Assembly (NCBI GenBank): GCA_964016885.1
Contig: OZ024741.1
Coordinates: 380,990,001-381,054,000, forward strand
Source: Eledone cirrhosa
Taxonomy: Eukaryota
Direction of reading: 5' to 3'
DNA length: 64,000 bases
In this document: positions 28,758 to 43,887 of the stretch, piece by piece
Layout of the letters: each line of letters starts with the position of its first letter
Numbering within the stretch: the stretch's first letter is position 1
Position numbers and translations under genes: made by a program
The notes under the pieces: generated by a model
Told to the model about the DNA's origin: nothing
What the model saw: only the letters and a program-made list of their open reading frames with translations
Databases searched by the model: none

Positions 28758-29104
28758 ACGCACACACACACACGCACGCACGCACGCACACACACACACG
28801 CACACAAGACACAAACAGTAAAGTAGCAAACGATACAAACCTAAACATGGTTAAAACACACACGTAGCCATGTCAAACACAAAAACGCATACAGCACACA
28901 CAGAAAAGCAGTGGCAAAGACATGCACAGACAAAAAAGCACAAACAAATGCACCACAAAAAAACAAAGATAGGACAGAGTAGAATGTTTAGATCATGAAA
29001 AAGTAGAGGCATTAAACAGATTATCATTGAGGAAGTCACAAAATGTGAGATGAAAGAACTTTGATAAACAAATGAATATTGGCCTTATGGCCAGCCCCAA
29101 ATGT

Positions 29105-29112
<8 letters not shown>
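28125..29112 (+). mobile_element. Older PLE-A-related 3' relic (linker, GIY-YIG, pLTR with decayed HHR at 29021-29067)
   Basis: ATSRGEIAYRFREALEKMSLRIKLVEKPG is homologous to ORF 19621..20403. ttatca-TTGAGGA..GAAA-gaac-TT-tgataa. Ends gtaacaatat(AT)n like the PLE-A right arms. Confidence 0.75.
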
Positions 29113-29158
<46 letters not shown>

Positions 29159-29243
29159 ACAATAATAAATTTGAAGACTAAAATCCAAAGAGGGCTCGAT
29201 AAGGATAAATATATATCAAATATATAAGAATCGTAGAGCAAAT

Positions 29244-30107
<864 letters not shown>

Positions 30108-30600
30108 TAGAAAGTGAGGTTTTTTTACAAAATGAAAAATAACCGAGGTGTCCTACACGAGTGAAAGTATAAAGAAAAAGAGATGAAATCGAAAATGCAA
30201 CTGGAGTCTTATTTTTTTAAAAAATATATATATTTATTTGGTTCCTTTACCGGTTTCGCAGTTCTTCTGCTTTTCAAAAGGTGAGTTGAGACGGAGGGTC
30301 TGTGGTTTTTCTCACATCTGGTTGGTCTCTGAATGTTACTTGTTTTATATGGAAAAAGTGGCTCGAAATGCCAGGTTTTTCGAGAAGTAATTTGATTGGT
30401 TTGTCAATAATTATAATAAATCTCGCGCCAGTTCGCGTTACAATAGTTCTTCAAATAAGAGGGGGGGGGGGGGGGGGAGGGAGGGTTGTCACAGGTTGTT
30501 TTTTTCATATATGAGTGTTTGAATTTCTTTTTACTTGAAAAAAGGAGGCTCACGAAGGCTTTTTTTGGGTTGGTTATAAATGAAATTGTGGCTGTCACGT
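30108..30600 (-). mobile_element. PLE-like pseudo-LTR family B
   Basis: Shares ~200 bp with 4150-4390 and 46085-46190; contains an HHR. Right boundary uncertain. Confidence 0.55.
30244..30281 (-). ncRNA. Minimal hammerhead, U3-A8 core variant
   Basis: cctt-TTGAAAA-gcag aagaa ctgc-GAAA-ccgg-TA-aagg; all three stems pair. Confidence 0.6.
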
Positions 30601-30961
30601 GAACAAATTTTCATTAAATTTTTGTGCCCTTATTTGGAAATCCATTCTCTAGCCTTTTTAGAGAATTTTTTGATAAAAAGATAATGGTCAAGAGAAAGCG
30701 ATGGGAGAATTGTTCTGGTTCAGTGAATATCGTTAGTTCGCTGGGGTGTCAGAATTCAGATTTTCTATTGAATAAAGAAAGTAAAGATATGTGTGTTTAT
30801 TTGTGTGCTTGTGTGTGTGTGTGCGTGTGTATGTGTGTGTTTGAATTTCTTTACTTTAGAAAAAGGTGGCTCACGAAGGCTTTTTAAAAAAAGCCTTCGT
30901 GAGCCACCAGAATTAGCCGTCGAAACGGCTTGAGCTCAGCCGTCGGGGTCTTACTTGTTCC

Positions 30962-31813
<852 letters not shown>

Positions 31814-34800
31814 CGTGACGTATTCTATTCTATAGCGATTGGGTCTTCAAAATGTTTATTATAAACATACAGAATATTTTCGAATATTCTATGTTTGTCT
31901 TCACATATATATCGCTATTTCAGAGCATTAAATCCAAATTCTAATTTCTGCCGGACCGGCCACCGCTCTTTCAAACCAGTTCCTGTACACAGCTAAGTAT
32001 TCTATAAGTCTCTAGCTGTGTCGTTCTCGATAAAAGCATTGGATATGTAATCCTGATGATTTCTAATAAGAATGAAACGCGTAGGTTACTTCCCTTGCTT
32101 TTATCGAGAATCTCAAATTGTAATACGTGACGTATTCTATTCTATAGCGATTGGGTCTTCAAAATGTTTATTATAAACATACAGAATATTTTCGAATATT
32201 CTATGTTTGTCTTCACATATATATCGCTATTTCAGAGCATTAAATCCAAATTCTAATTTCTGCCGGACCGGCCACCGCTCTTTCAAACCAGTTCCTGTAC
32301 ACAGCTAAGTATTCTATAAGTCTCTAGCTGTGTCGTTCTCGATAAAAGCATTGGATATGTAATCCTGATGATTTCTAATAAGAATGAAACGCGTAGGTTA
32401 CTTCCCTTGCTTTTATCGAGAATCTCAAATTGTAATACGTGACGTATTCTATTCTATAGCGATTGGGTCTTCAAAATGTTTATTATAAACATACAGAATA
32501 TTTTCGAATATTCTATGTTTGTCTTCACATATATATCGCTATTTCAGAGCATTAAATCCAAATTCTAATTTCTGCCGGACCGGCCACCGCTCTTTCAAAC
32601 CAGTTCCTGTACACGGCTAAGTATTCTATAAGTCTCTAGCTGTGTCGTTCTCGATAAAAGCATTGGATATGTAATCCTGATGATTTCTAATAAGAATGAA
32701 ACGCGTAGGTTACTTCCCTTGCTTTTATCGAGAATCTCAAATTGTAATACGTGACGTATTCTATTCTATAGCGATTGGGTCTTCAAAATGTTTATTATAA
32801 ACATACAGAATATTTTCGAATATTCTATGTTTGTCTTCACATATATATCGCTATTTCAGAGCATTAAATCCAAATTCTAATTTCTGCCGGACCGGCCACC
32901 GCTCTTTCAAACCAGTTCCTGTACACAGCTAAGTATTCTATAAGTCTCTAGCTGTGTCGTTCTCGATAAAAGCATTGGATATGTAATCCTGATGATTTCT
33001 AATAAGAATGAAACGCGTAGGTTACTTCCCTTGCTTTTATCGAGAATCTCAAATTGTAATACGTGACGTATTCTATTCTATAGCGATTGGCTCTTTAAAA
33101 TGTTTATTATAAACATACAGAATATTTTCGAATATTCTATGTTTGTCTTCACATATATATCGCTATTTCAGAGCATTAAATCCAAATTCTAATTTCTGCC
33201 GGACCGGCCACCGCTCTTTCAAACCAGTTCCTGTACACAGCTAAGTATTCTATAAGTCTCTAGCTGTGTCGTTCTCGATAAAAGCATTGGATATGTAATC
33301 CTGATGATTTCTAATAAGAATGAAACGCGTAGGTTACTTCCCTTGCTTTTATCGAGAATCTCAAATTGTAATACGTGACGTATTCTATTCTATAGCGATT
33401 GGGTCTTCAAAATGTTTATTATAAACATACAGTATATTTTCGAATATTCTATGTTTGTCTTCACATATATATCGCTATTTCAGAGCATTAAATCCAAATT
33501 CTAATTTCTTCCGGACCGGCTACCGCTCTTTCAAACCAGCTCCTGTACACAGCTAAGTATTCTATAAGTCTCTAGCTGTGTCGTTCTCGATAAAAGCATT
33601 GGATATGTAATCCTGATGATTTCTAATAAGAATGAAACGCGTAGGTTACTTCCCTTGCTTTTATCGAGAATCTCAAATTGTAATACGTGACGTATTCTAT
33701 TCTATAGCGATTGGGTCTTCAAAATGTTTATTATAAACATACAGAATATTTTCGAATATTCTATGTTTGTCTTCACATATATATCGCTATTTCAGAGCAT
33801 TAAATCCAAATTCTAATTTCTGCCGGACCGGCCACCGCTCTTTCAAACCAGTTCCTGTACACCGCTAAGTATTCTATAAGTCTCTAGCTGTGTCGTTCTC
33901 GATAAAAGCATTGGATATGTAATCCTGATGATTTCTAATAAGAATGAAACGCGTAGGTTACTTCCCTTGCTTTTATCGAGAATCTCAAATTGTAATACGT
34001 GACGTATTCTATTCTATAGCGATTGGGTCTTCAAAATGTTTATTATAAACATACAGAATATTTTCGAATATTCTATGTTTGTCTTCACATATATATCGCT
34101 ATTTCAGAGCATTAAATCCAAATTCTAATTTCTGCCGGACCGGCCACCGCTCTTTCAAACCAGTTCCTGTACACAGCTAAGTATTCTATAAGTCTCTAGC
34201 TGTGTCGTTCTCGATAAAAGCATTGGATATGTAATCCTGATGATTTCTAATAAGAATGAAACGCGTAGGTTACTTCCCTTGCTTTTATCGAGAATCTCAA
34301 ATTGTAATACGTGACGTATTCTATTCTATAGCGATTGGGTCTTCAAAATGTTTATTATAAACATACAGAATATTTTCGAATATTCTATGTTTGTCTTCAC
34401 ATATATATCGCTATTTCAGAGCATTAAATCCAAATTCTAATTTCTGCCGGACCGGCCACCGCTCTTTCAAACCAGTTCCTGTACACAGCTAAGTATTCTA
34501 TAAGTCTCTAGCTGTGTCGTTCTCGATAAAAGCATTGGATATGTAATCCTGATGATTTCTAATAAGAATGAAACGCGTAGGTTACTTCCCTTGCTTTTAT
34601 CGAGAATCTCAAATTGTAATACGTGACGTATTCTATTCTATAGCGATTGGCTCTTCAAAATGTTTATTATAAACATACAGAATATTTTCGAATATTCTAT
34701 GTTTGTCTTCACATATATATCGCTATTTCAGAGCATTAAATCCAAATTCTAATTTCTGCCGGACCGGCCACCGCTCTTTCAAACCAGTTCCTGTACACAG

Positions 34801-37800
34801 CTAAGTATTCTATAAGTCTCTAGCTGTGTCGTTCTCGATAAAAGCATTGGATATGTAATCCTGATGATTTCTAATAAGAATGAAACGCGTAGGTTACTTC
34901 CCTTGCTTTTATCGAGAATCTCAAATTGTAATATGTGACGTATTCTATTCTATAGCGATTGGGTCTTCAAAATGTTTATTATAAACATACAGTATATTTT
35001 CGAATATTCTATGTTTGTCTTCACATATATATCGCTATTTCAGAGCATTAAATCCAAATTCTAATATCTACCGGACCGGCCACCGCTCTTTCAAACCAGT
35101 TCCTGTACACAGCTAAGTATTCTATAAGTCTCTAGCTGTGTCGTTCTCGATAAAAGCATTGGATATGTAATCCTGATGATTTCTAATAAGAATGAAACGC
35201 GTAGGTTACTTCCCTTGCTTTTATCGAGAATCTCAAATTGTAATACGTGACGTATTCTATTCTATAGCGATTGGGTCTTCAAAATGTTTATTATAAACAT
35301 ACAGAATATTTTCGAATATTCTATGTTTGTCTTCACATATATATCGCTATTTCAGAGCATTAAATCCAAATTCTAATTTCTGCCGGACCGGCCACCGCTC
35401 TTTCAAACCAGTTCCTGTACACAGCTAAGTATTCTATAAGTCTCTAGCTGTGTCGTTCTCGATAAAAGCATTGGATATGTAATCCTGATGATTTCTAATA
35501 AGAATGAAACGCGTAGGTTACTTCCCTTGCTTTTATCGAGAATCTCAAATTGTAATACGTGACGTATTCTATTCTATAGCGATTGGGTCTTCAAAATGTT
35601 TATTATAAACATACAGAATATTTTCGAATATTCTATGTTTGTCTTCACATATATATCGCTATTTCAGAGCATTAAATCCAAATTCTAATATCTACCGGAC
35701 CGGCTACCGCTCTTTCAAACCAGTTCCTGTACACGGCTAAGTATTCTATAAGTCTCTAGCTGTGTCGTTCTCGATAAAAGCATTGGATATGTAATCCTGA
35801 TGATTTCTAATAAGAATGAAACGCGTAGGTTACTTCCCTTGCTTTTATCGAGAATCTCAAATTGTAATACGTGACGTATTCTATTCTATAGCGATTGGGT
35901 CTTCAAAATGTTTATTATAAACATACAGAATATTTTCGAATATTCTATGTTTGTCTTCACATATATATCGCTATTTCAGAGCATTAAATCCAAATTCTAA
36001 TTTCTGCCGGACCGGCCACCGCTCTTTCAAACCAGTTCCTGTACACAGCTAAGTACTCTATAAGTCTCTAGCTGTGTCGTTCTCGATAAAAGCATTGGAT
36101 ATGTAATCCTGATGATTTCTAATAAGAATGAAACGCGTAGGTTACTTCCCTTGCTTTTATCGAGAATCTCAAATTGTAATACGTGACGTATTCTATTCTA
36201 TAGCGATTGGGTCTTCAAAATGTTTATTATAAACATACAGAATATTTTCGAATATTCTATGTTTGTCTTCACATATATATCGCTATTTCAGAGCATTAAA
36301 TCCAAATTCTAATTTCTGCCGGACCGGCCACCGCTCTTTCAAACCAGTTCCTGTACACGGCTAAGTATTCTATAAGTCTCTAGCTGTGTCGTTCTCGATA
36401 AAAGCATTGGATATGTAATCCTGATGATTTCTAATAAGAATGAAACGCGTAGGTTACTTCCCTTGCTTTTATCGAGAATCTCAAATTGTAATACGTGACG
36501 TATTCTATTCTATAGCGATTGGGTCTTCAAAATGTTTATTATAAACATACAGAATATTTTCGAATATTCTATGTTTGTCTTCACATATATATCGCTATTT
36601 CAGAGCATTAAATCCAAATTCTAATTTCTGCCGGACCGGCCACCGCTCTTTCAAACCAGTTCCTGTACACAGCTAAGTATTCTATAAGTCTCTAGCTGTG
36701 TCGTTCTCGATAAAAGCATTGGATATGTAATCCTGATGATTTCTAATAAGAATGAAACGCGTAGGTTACTTCCCTCGCTTTTATCGAGAATCTCAAATTG
36801 TAATACGTGACATATTCTATTCTATAGCGATTGGTTCTTCAAAATGTTTATTATAAACATACAGAATATTTTCGAATATTCTATGTTTGTCTTCACATAT
36901 ATATCGCTATTTCAGAGCATTAAATCCAAATTCTAATTTCTGCCGGACCGGCCACCGCTCTTTCAAACCAGCTCCTGTACACAGCTAAGTATTCTATAAG
37001 TCTCTAGCTGTGTCGTTCTCGATAAAAGCATTGGATATGTAATCCTGATGATTTCTAATAAGAATGAAACGCGTAGGTTACTTCCCTTGCTTTTATCGAG
37101 AATCTCAAATTGTAATACGTGACGTATTCTATTCTATAGCGATTGGGTCTTCAAAATGTTTATTATAAACATACAGAATATTTTCGAATATTCTATGTTT
37201 GTCTTCACATATATATCGCTATTTCAGAGCATTAAATCCAAATTCTAATTTCTGCCGGACCGGCCACCGCTCTTTCAAACCAGTTCCTGTACACAGCTAA
37301 GTATTCTATAAGTCTCTAGCTGTGTCGTTCTCGATAAAAGCATTGGATATGTAATCCTGATGATTTCTAATAAGAATGAAACGCGTAGGTTACTTCCCTT
37401 GCTTTTATCGAGAATCTCAAATTGTAATACGTGACGTATTCTATTCTATAGCGATTGGGTCTTCAAAATGTTTATTATAAACATACAGTATATTTTCGAA
37501 TATTCTATGTTTGTCTTCACATATATATCGCTATTTCAGAGCATTAAATCCAAATTCTAATTTCTGCCGGACCGGTTACCGCTCTTTCAAACCAGTTCCT
37601 GTACACAGCTAAGTATTCTATAAGTCTCTAGCTGTGTCGTTCTCGATAAAAGCATTGGATATGTAATCCTGATGATTTCTAATAAGAATGAAACGCGTAG
37701 GTTACTTCCCTTGCTTTTATCGAGAATCTCAAATTGTAATACGTGACGTATTCTATTCTATAGCGATTGGGTCTTCAAAATGTTTATTATAAACATACAG

Positions 37801-38763
37801 AATATTTTCGAATATTCTATGTTTGTCTTCACATATATATCGCTATTTCAGAGCATTAAATCCAAATTCTAACTTCTGCCGGACCGGCCACCGCTCTTTC
37901 AAACCAGTTCCTGTACACAGCTAAGTATTCTATAAGTCTCTAGCTGTGTCGTTCTCGATAAAAGCATTGGATATGTAATCCTGATGATTTCTAATAAGAA
38001 TGAAACGCGTAGGTTACTTCCCTTGCTTTTATCGAGAATCTCAAATTGTAATACGTGACATATTCTATTCTATAGCGATTGGTTCTTCAAAATGTTTATT
38101 ATAAACATACATAATATTTTCGAATATTCTATGTTTGTCTTCACATATATATCGCTATTTCAGAGCATTAAATCCAAATTCTAATTTCTGCCGGACCGGC
38201 CACCGCTCTTTCAAACCAGTTCCTGTACACAGCTAAGTATTCTATAAGTCTCTAGCTGTGTCGTTCTCGATAAAAGCATTGGATATGTAATCCTGATGAT
38301 TTCTAATAAGAATGAAACGCGTAGTTTACTTCCCTTGCTTTTATCGAGAATCTCAAATTGTAATACGTGACGTATTCTATTCTATAGCGATTGGGTCTTC
38401 AAAATGTTTATTATAAACATACAGAATATTTTCGAATATTCTATGTTTGTCTTCACATATATATCGCTATTTCAGAGCATTAAATCCAAATTCTAATTTC
38501 TGCCGGACCGGCCACCGCTCTTTCAAACCAGTTCCTGTACACAGCTAAGTATTCTATAAGTCTCTAGCTGTGTCGTTCTCGATAAAAGCATTGGATATGT
38601 AATCCTGATGATTTCTAATAAGAATGAAACGCGTAGGTTACTTCCCTTGCTTTTATCGAGAATCTCAAATTGTAATACGTGACGTATTCTATTCTATAGC
38701 GATTGGGTCTTCAAAATGTTTATTATAAACATACAGAATATTTTCGAATATTCTATGTTTGTC

Positions 38764-38767
<4 letters not shown>
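31814..38767 (+). repeat. Tandem array of ~22.3 x 312-bp hammerhead-containing units (non-LTR retrozyme-like)
   Basis: Period 312 (cgtgacg at 31814, 32126, 32438...). No ORF of 60 aa or more lies within the array. One HHR per unit at 32047+312k, k=0..21. Confidence 0.92.
32047..32089 (+). ncRNA. Type I hammerhead ribozyme, first of 22 copies
   Basis: gtaatc-CTGATGA-t ttct aat a agaa t-GAAA-cgcg-TA-ggttac. Predicted cleavage after GUA (32083). Stem I extended by a perfect 15-bp helix 32024-32038/32096-32110. Confidence 0.88.
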
Positions 38768-38818
<51 letters not shown>

Positions 38819-38898
38819 TATATATATATATATATATATATTTATTTATATATATATATATTTATATATATATATACATATATATTTATATATATATA

Positions 38899-38987
<89 letters not shown>

Positions 38988-39049
38988 ATTTATATATATA
39001 TATATTTATATATATATTTATATATATATATATATTTTTATATATATAC

Positions 39050-39125
<76 letters not shown>

Positions 39126-39172
39126 TTATATATATTTATATATATATATTTATATATATATTTATATATATA

Positions 39173-39231
<59 letters not shown>

Positions 39232-39304
39232 TTATATATATATATTTATATATATATATTTATATATATATATATTTATATATATATATTTTTATATATA
39301 TATA

Positions 39305-39339
<35 letters not shown>
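38768..39339. repeat. (AT)n microsatellite, right flank of retrozyme locus 1
   Basis: AT run with TTT interruptions. Confidence 0.95.
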
Positions 39340-39340
<1 letters not shown>

Positions 39341-39377
39341 CGTGGGCGACTAAACATAATATAATATTATTATTATA

Positions 39378-39570
39378 GGGCGGTGGATTGGCAGTATCGG
39401 TAGAGGCTCGGAAGCCATGCTTTGACGCATAGAGTTACAGCCCTTGCCATTCTGAGTTCAAATCCCGCCGAGGTTAACTTTGCCTGTCATCCTTATGGGG
39501 TCGATAAAATAAAGTACCAGTAATACACTGGGTAATTGCTGGCCTTGTGCCAAAAGTAGAAACAATTATT
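39378..39570 (+). mobile_element. Full-length tRNA-derived SINE
   Basis: GGGCGGTGGATTGGCAGTATCGG (A box), GAGTTCAAATCCC (B box), central TCATCCTTATGGGGTCGATAAAATAAAGTACCAG (Meta-domain-like, from memory), AT-rich tail. Confidence 0.88.
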
Positions 39571-41224
39571 AATCGGTTTGTTTGCAAGGAAACAGCCTCA
39601 TTAACACCACGTGTGTTTTCTAGATGATAGCTTCATCCTTTTGTTCCAGTTGTAGCTGAGAGAAAACACCCAACAACTGTTTCGTAGTTGTTTCCCCATA
39701 TCGAGACTGCGTATCCTCGTCACTGTTACCCGTTGGAACAGCTGTGAATACATAGTATTCTCAAATGTATACATCGCCTGATTAGCATAATCTGAATACC
39801 GAGCGATTTTAGGGCCGGATTTAAGTGTACAATATATATATATATGTGTGTGTGTGTATATATGTATATATATATATACTGTATATATATATACTGTGTA
39901 TATATATACTGTATATATATATATGTATATGTATAAGAAACGAAAGGAGCTTTGTGGTTACTGTAAACAAAGTTTAAGATGGTAGTATGGACGAAACAAG
40001 AGAAGAAAATAAATTCTTCATCAGCTGTGAAACCGAGATCAAGATGTTTCGTCACTTAATACATATATATATATATATTAGAAAGATCGAGTATCGAAAA
40101 ATCGGCGCACGAGTTCACGATAAACGAAATTCGATATGAGCGGCAGAGGGCTCAATAATTCAGATGAATCAGAGCTATAACTATCGTTAAAATACCGTCA
40201 CATATAGAACAAGTCTACAATCAACCATACGATTTAAAATCGATAAAGGAAGATTCGGGCCAAACAGATAAAAAATATCAATAAAACAATACGTCAATAA
40301 TTTAAATGAATGTAAAATCATACCCGGACCCACTAGAAAGGTGTTAAATCTAGCTTCATGGGTTTCTGTAAATCCTTAGACTGTACTCTATCAGCTCACA
40401 TATAAATATAAAAGCCTACTAGAGCAAGTGGAACGGAGGTTTACGTTATCAACGAGTTTTTTCCTGGCAGCAGAGGAGTCAACTAGCGGTACACTTAAAA
40501 AGAGGGGTAAAGTTCCATACAAATCGAATATTATTGGAAAAAATAAAAATAGAATTAATTAGGTAATTAGGAGTATATTTAAATATTCATTTTTATCACG
40601 ACAAAATAACATTTTTTTTATAATTGTTACATCAGATGAATTCAAGTTTTACCAAATGTTACCGGCGTTGATTATTTTTTCAATTTTTTAAAATATTAAA
40701 AACGATTGCTCTCGTAATCTGTAGGCAGTTAGAACAGCTAAGAATTTTTTGTAAAAAACGTACACATTTCCATATATATATTTTCGTTATATATATTTTC
40801 GGTAGTGAGAGTTGTGCAAATCAGAATTCAATTGATTAACTCGAAAAGTGCATTGACTTGGATAACAATTTCCTTTTCTATTCGAAATAAAGGAACAGAT
40901 GACATTTTTTTTCCGTGGAATGCTTGGTGTGTGTGTGTGTGTGTGTGTGTGTTTAGGTGAGGTTCCATTGTGTCAAGATTTCACGTTTATTTTCAAATTT
41001 TGTAGATAAATACAAAACTAAATTATATATATAAATAGGTAAAAGTACATTGAAATTTCTATTGAGATACAAAGTCAATTATATGAATAAAAAGTGTATA
41101 ATATTAATATAAAAAAATTGTGGGCGTTGGGTGAAATGTTTTCCAATTACGATAAATTGTTTGTGGTGTGATTTTTTAGGAATGTTGTGAAAATGTTTAA
41201 ATGTTTTGTGTGTATATATATATT

Positions 41225-41261
<37 letters not shown>

Positions 41262-41599
41262 GGTGAAGATCTATTGTGTCCCGAGTTCTAGTTTATTTTT
41301 ATGGTTTGCGGGTAAACAACAAGAATTTAAAAAACGAACAGAATTATATCAATATACTAATATATATATAAATCTGATTGAAATGGGTCATCTGGGGAGG
41401 GGTATTTATATTTGTCAAAGATATTTCTGAAAGGTTTAATATATAAATCCTACTAAATACGTTTTTGGTGGAAGTTTCTTTGTAGCTATGCCTTTTCCTT
41501 TATCTTGTCGTGTATGTTTGTGTATGTGTGTAGTTGCACATGCCAAGTTTGCTCAAAGATGTGTATAGATTTGTTTTCCCCATCTATAGATACTTATTT

Positions 41600-41830
41600 A
41601 TTGTCTACTGATTGACAATATTTCATCGTGGTTTATATTTGTTAAGGAATTACTTTAGTATATTCATTCTCTCTTGTTGTGTGAAAGAGTCTGAGCACTT
41701 GAGGAGTGGGAGATTCATTAAATTGGGTAACTCTATTTCTGCACATTTTACAATGTGACTGCTTACAGGGATTTGTTTTGTGTTTATATCACGGATTTGT
41801 TGGTGGTGTATGGTCATTTCTTGCTACAAA
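41600..41830 (-). pseudogene. PLE GIY-YIG C-terminal relic
   Basis: Minus strand reads QEMTIHHQQIRDINTKQIPVSSHIVKCA, resembling RMTxHRQQIRD..S.H..C motifs. Confidence 0.5.
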
Positions 41831-41889
41831 TATGAGCCAGAGTTTGTGAGATCGAACGAATTATTAAATGTCTATTTTTGGTTAATTTA

Positions 41890-42140
41890 AATGGCAATAA
41901 GCATGACAAAGCCACACTTCGTACTAGGGTCAAAAATAAACCTAGTTTGATTATTCATAGTGATTCTTGGATTGCCAACAACACTGAGTTATAAGCATTT
42001 TGCTATTAACCATTCTAAAATTGTATACTTATAAAAAGTAAAAATATATCCATATGGAATATTGAAACGTTCTAGAAAGATTTGAAGCAGTCGGTCAAAA
42101 TATTTAGAGCAGTATGTGGCCAGCTATGTATTTATGTTTT
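41890..42140 (+). pseudogene. Merlin/ISXO2-like (IS1016-type) DDE transposase relic
   Basis: DKATL...PSLIIHSDSWIAN / YKHFAINHSK / NIETF*KDLKQSVK / EQYVASY match the I.SD.W.AY, H..VNHS and IE..W...K motifs. Confidence 0.65.
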
Positions 42141-43850
42141 CCAATGAAAATGAAGACAAACTGAGGCAACTAATCTATATCTACCTCTCTTGGGTCACCG
42201 GCATCTGATCGTGAGTAACCAGGAAGATGTAGAATCTAAGGAAGAATAAGACGAAAAATATCCAACTGCACAAGATATTTGCATTATTACTTTGATTTTG
42301 GCTCTCCTCACAATCCCCCCCCCCCCCCACATACACACACTTCCTACATTTGTTTCTTCTGCCATATCGAGTGATTAAAAAGAGATTCCCTTCTTGGAGC
42401 GTTCAGTTAATTCTATTACTTACGAAAGTATGAAATCCCAAATATCCTAAATGTTATTGACAGTGATAGCTAAGCATTTTGTGAATTAATGAAGATTATA
42501 CAGCACACTGTCACTTGCTATTATGTTATGTACATCGATGCCATGATAAATATGTAACTGCGATGTCATAACGACATTATTACGCACTCAACTGCTAATC
42601 TCTTTACGCGTTCTATCTTTTTATAACCCTCTATATTTGTATATCTATTTCATTTACTTCTGTCTTAGTTACATTATGTACCTTTCTCTGAGCAAATCCA
42701 TTTCATAAATCACCGGAGAAAATGTCACATTTTATTTAAATACCACGAAGAATGTAATTTATTTAAATCTGGAAACTTATATTTAGAAAAAAAATGAAAA
42801 AATAATACCAGCATTCCGGTTTAAATCTCTTTTTCTCGGCCCTTATTTCCGTTCATCTTCTGGGTATACTTATTCATTTCGTTACTTCTTTTAATTGTAG
42901 CTACCTCCCTCTATCATATTAGATTAGTAAAATTAAATTAGATAATACTAGATGATCTCTCTGAGAAAAAAATGTGCTGGGCACGGCTGAAACGCCTCTG
43001 ATCATTGGCGTGTTCGATTGAAGCCCGTCAAGAGCGAAGCAACAACAGCAAATACCGAGAACCGACTACCTTCATCTACTTTATGGCCTCCAGTGTTTAG
43101 TGTTCAGTGAAAAAACATTTATTGGGCTGTCTAAGCAGAATTCAATTAACCAATTACTATACAAACGCACTGATTGGTATTATCCTCGTGTGTATTCTTC
43201 TTTATCTGGTTCTGTGTATTCAAAGCTTTTCGTCACACGTCAGTGACCCGTTCACCGATCTCTGCCACATCTGTGGAGCTTTCAAATGATCATTTCTTAT
43301 AGACTATGTTTATATTATGTTGTTCTTCGTTCATTTACTTTTCGTTTTTATTTCTATTATCTTTGTAGTGACACTAAACAATGTAAGAATTAAAAACAAT
43401 TGTATAGCGAATGCGTATATATAGGAGTGAGAGAAGGAAAGTAGATGTGTTTACTTTAAAAAGAACCGCTGCCCACCCCAAGTAATATTTACATTTATAC
43501 TATTCGTCAAATGACTTCTTTATTATGACAACTACACTTCATTAGGCAGCTAGGGATGAGCAATTATACCAGCGTTTATATTCAATTTAATCGTATGCAT
43601 AACAGATTGGAGCTCCGTTGCTTTCGGCGATGAGGTTTCCAGCTGTTCGATCAATGATACTATCTGCTTATGAAATTAACATGTACATAGCTGAGCATTC
43701 TACAGACACGTGTACACTTAACGTAATTGTTAAGGTATTTCAGCGAGACAAGCAGTTTTCATCTACCCAATTTCACACACACATATATATATATGAAAAG
43801 GTTTAACTCCGACGGCAGAGGTCAAGTCGTTTCGACGGCTATTTCTGGAC

Positions 43851-43885
<35 letters not shown>

Positions 43886-43887
43886 AT

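Noticed and set aside
31814-38767. CRISPR array or ordinary centromeric-type satellite
   Set aside because: No variable spacers and no cas genes, in a eukaryotic context. The ribozyme, dispersed second locus and inverted arms argue against a plain satellite.
39378-39470. tRNA gene
   Set aside because: The A/B boxes belong to a multi-copy SINE head with expanded spacing and no cloverleaf.
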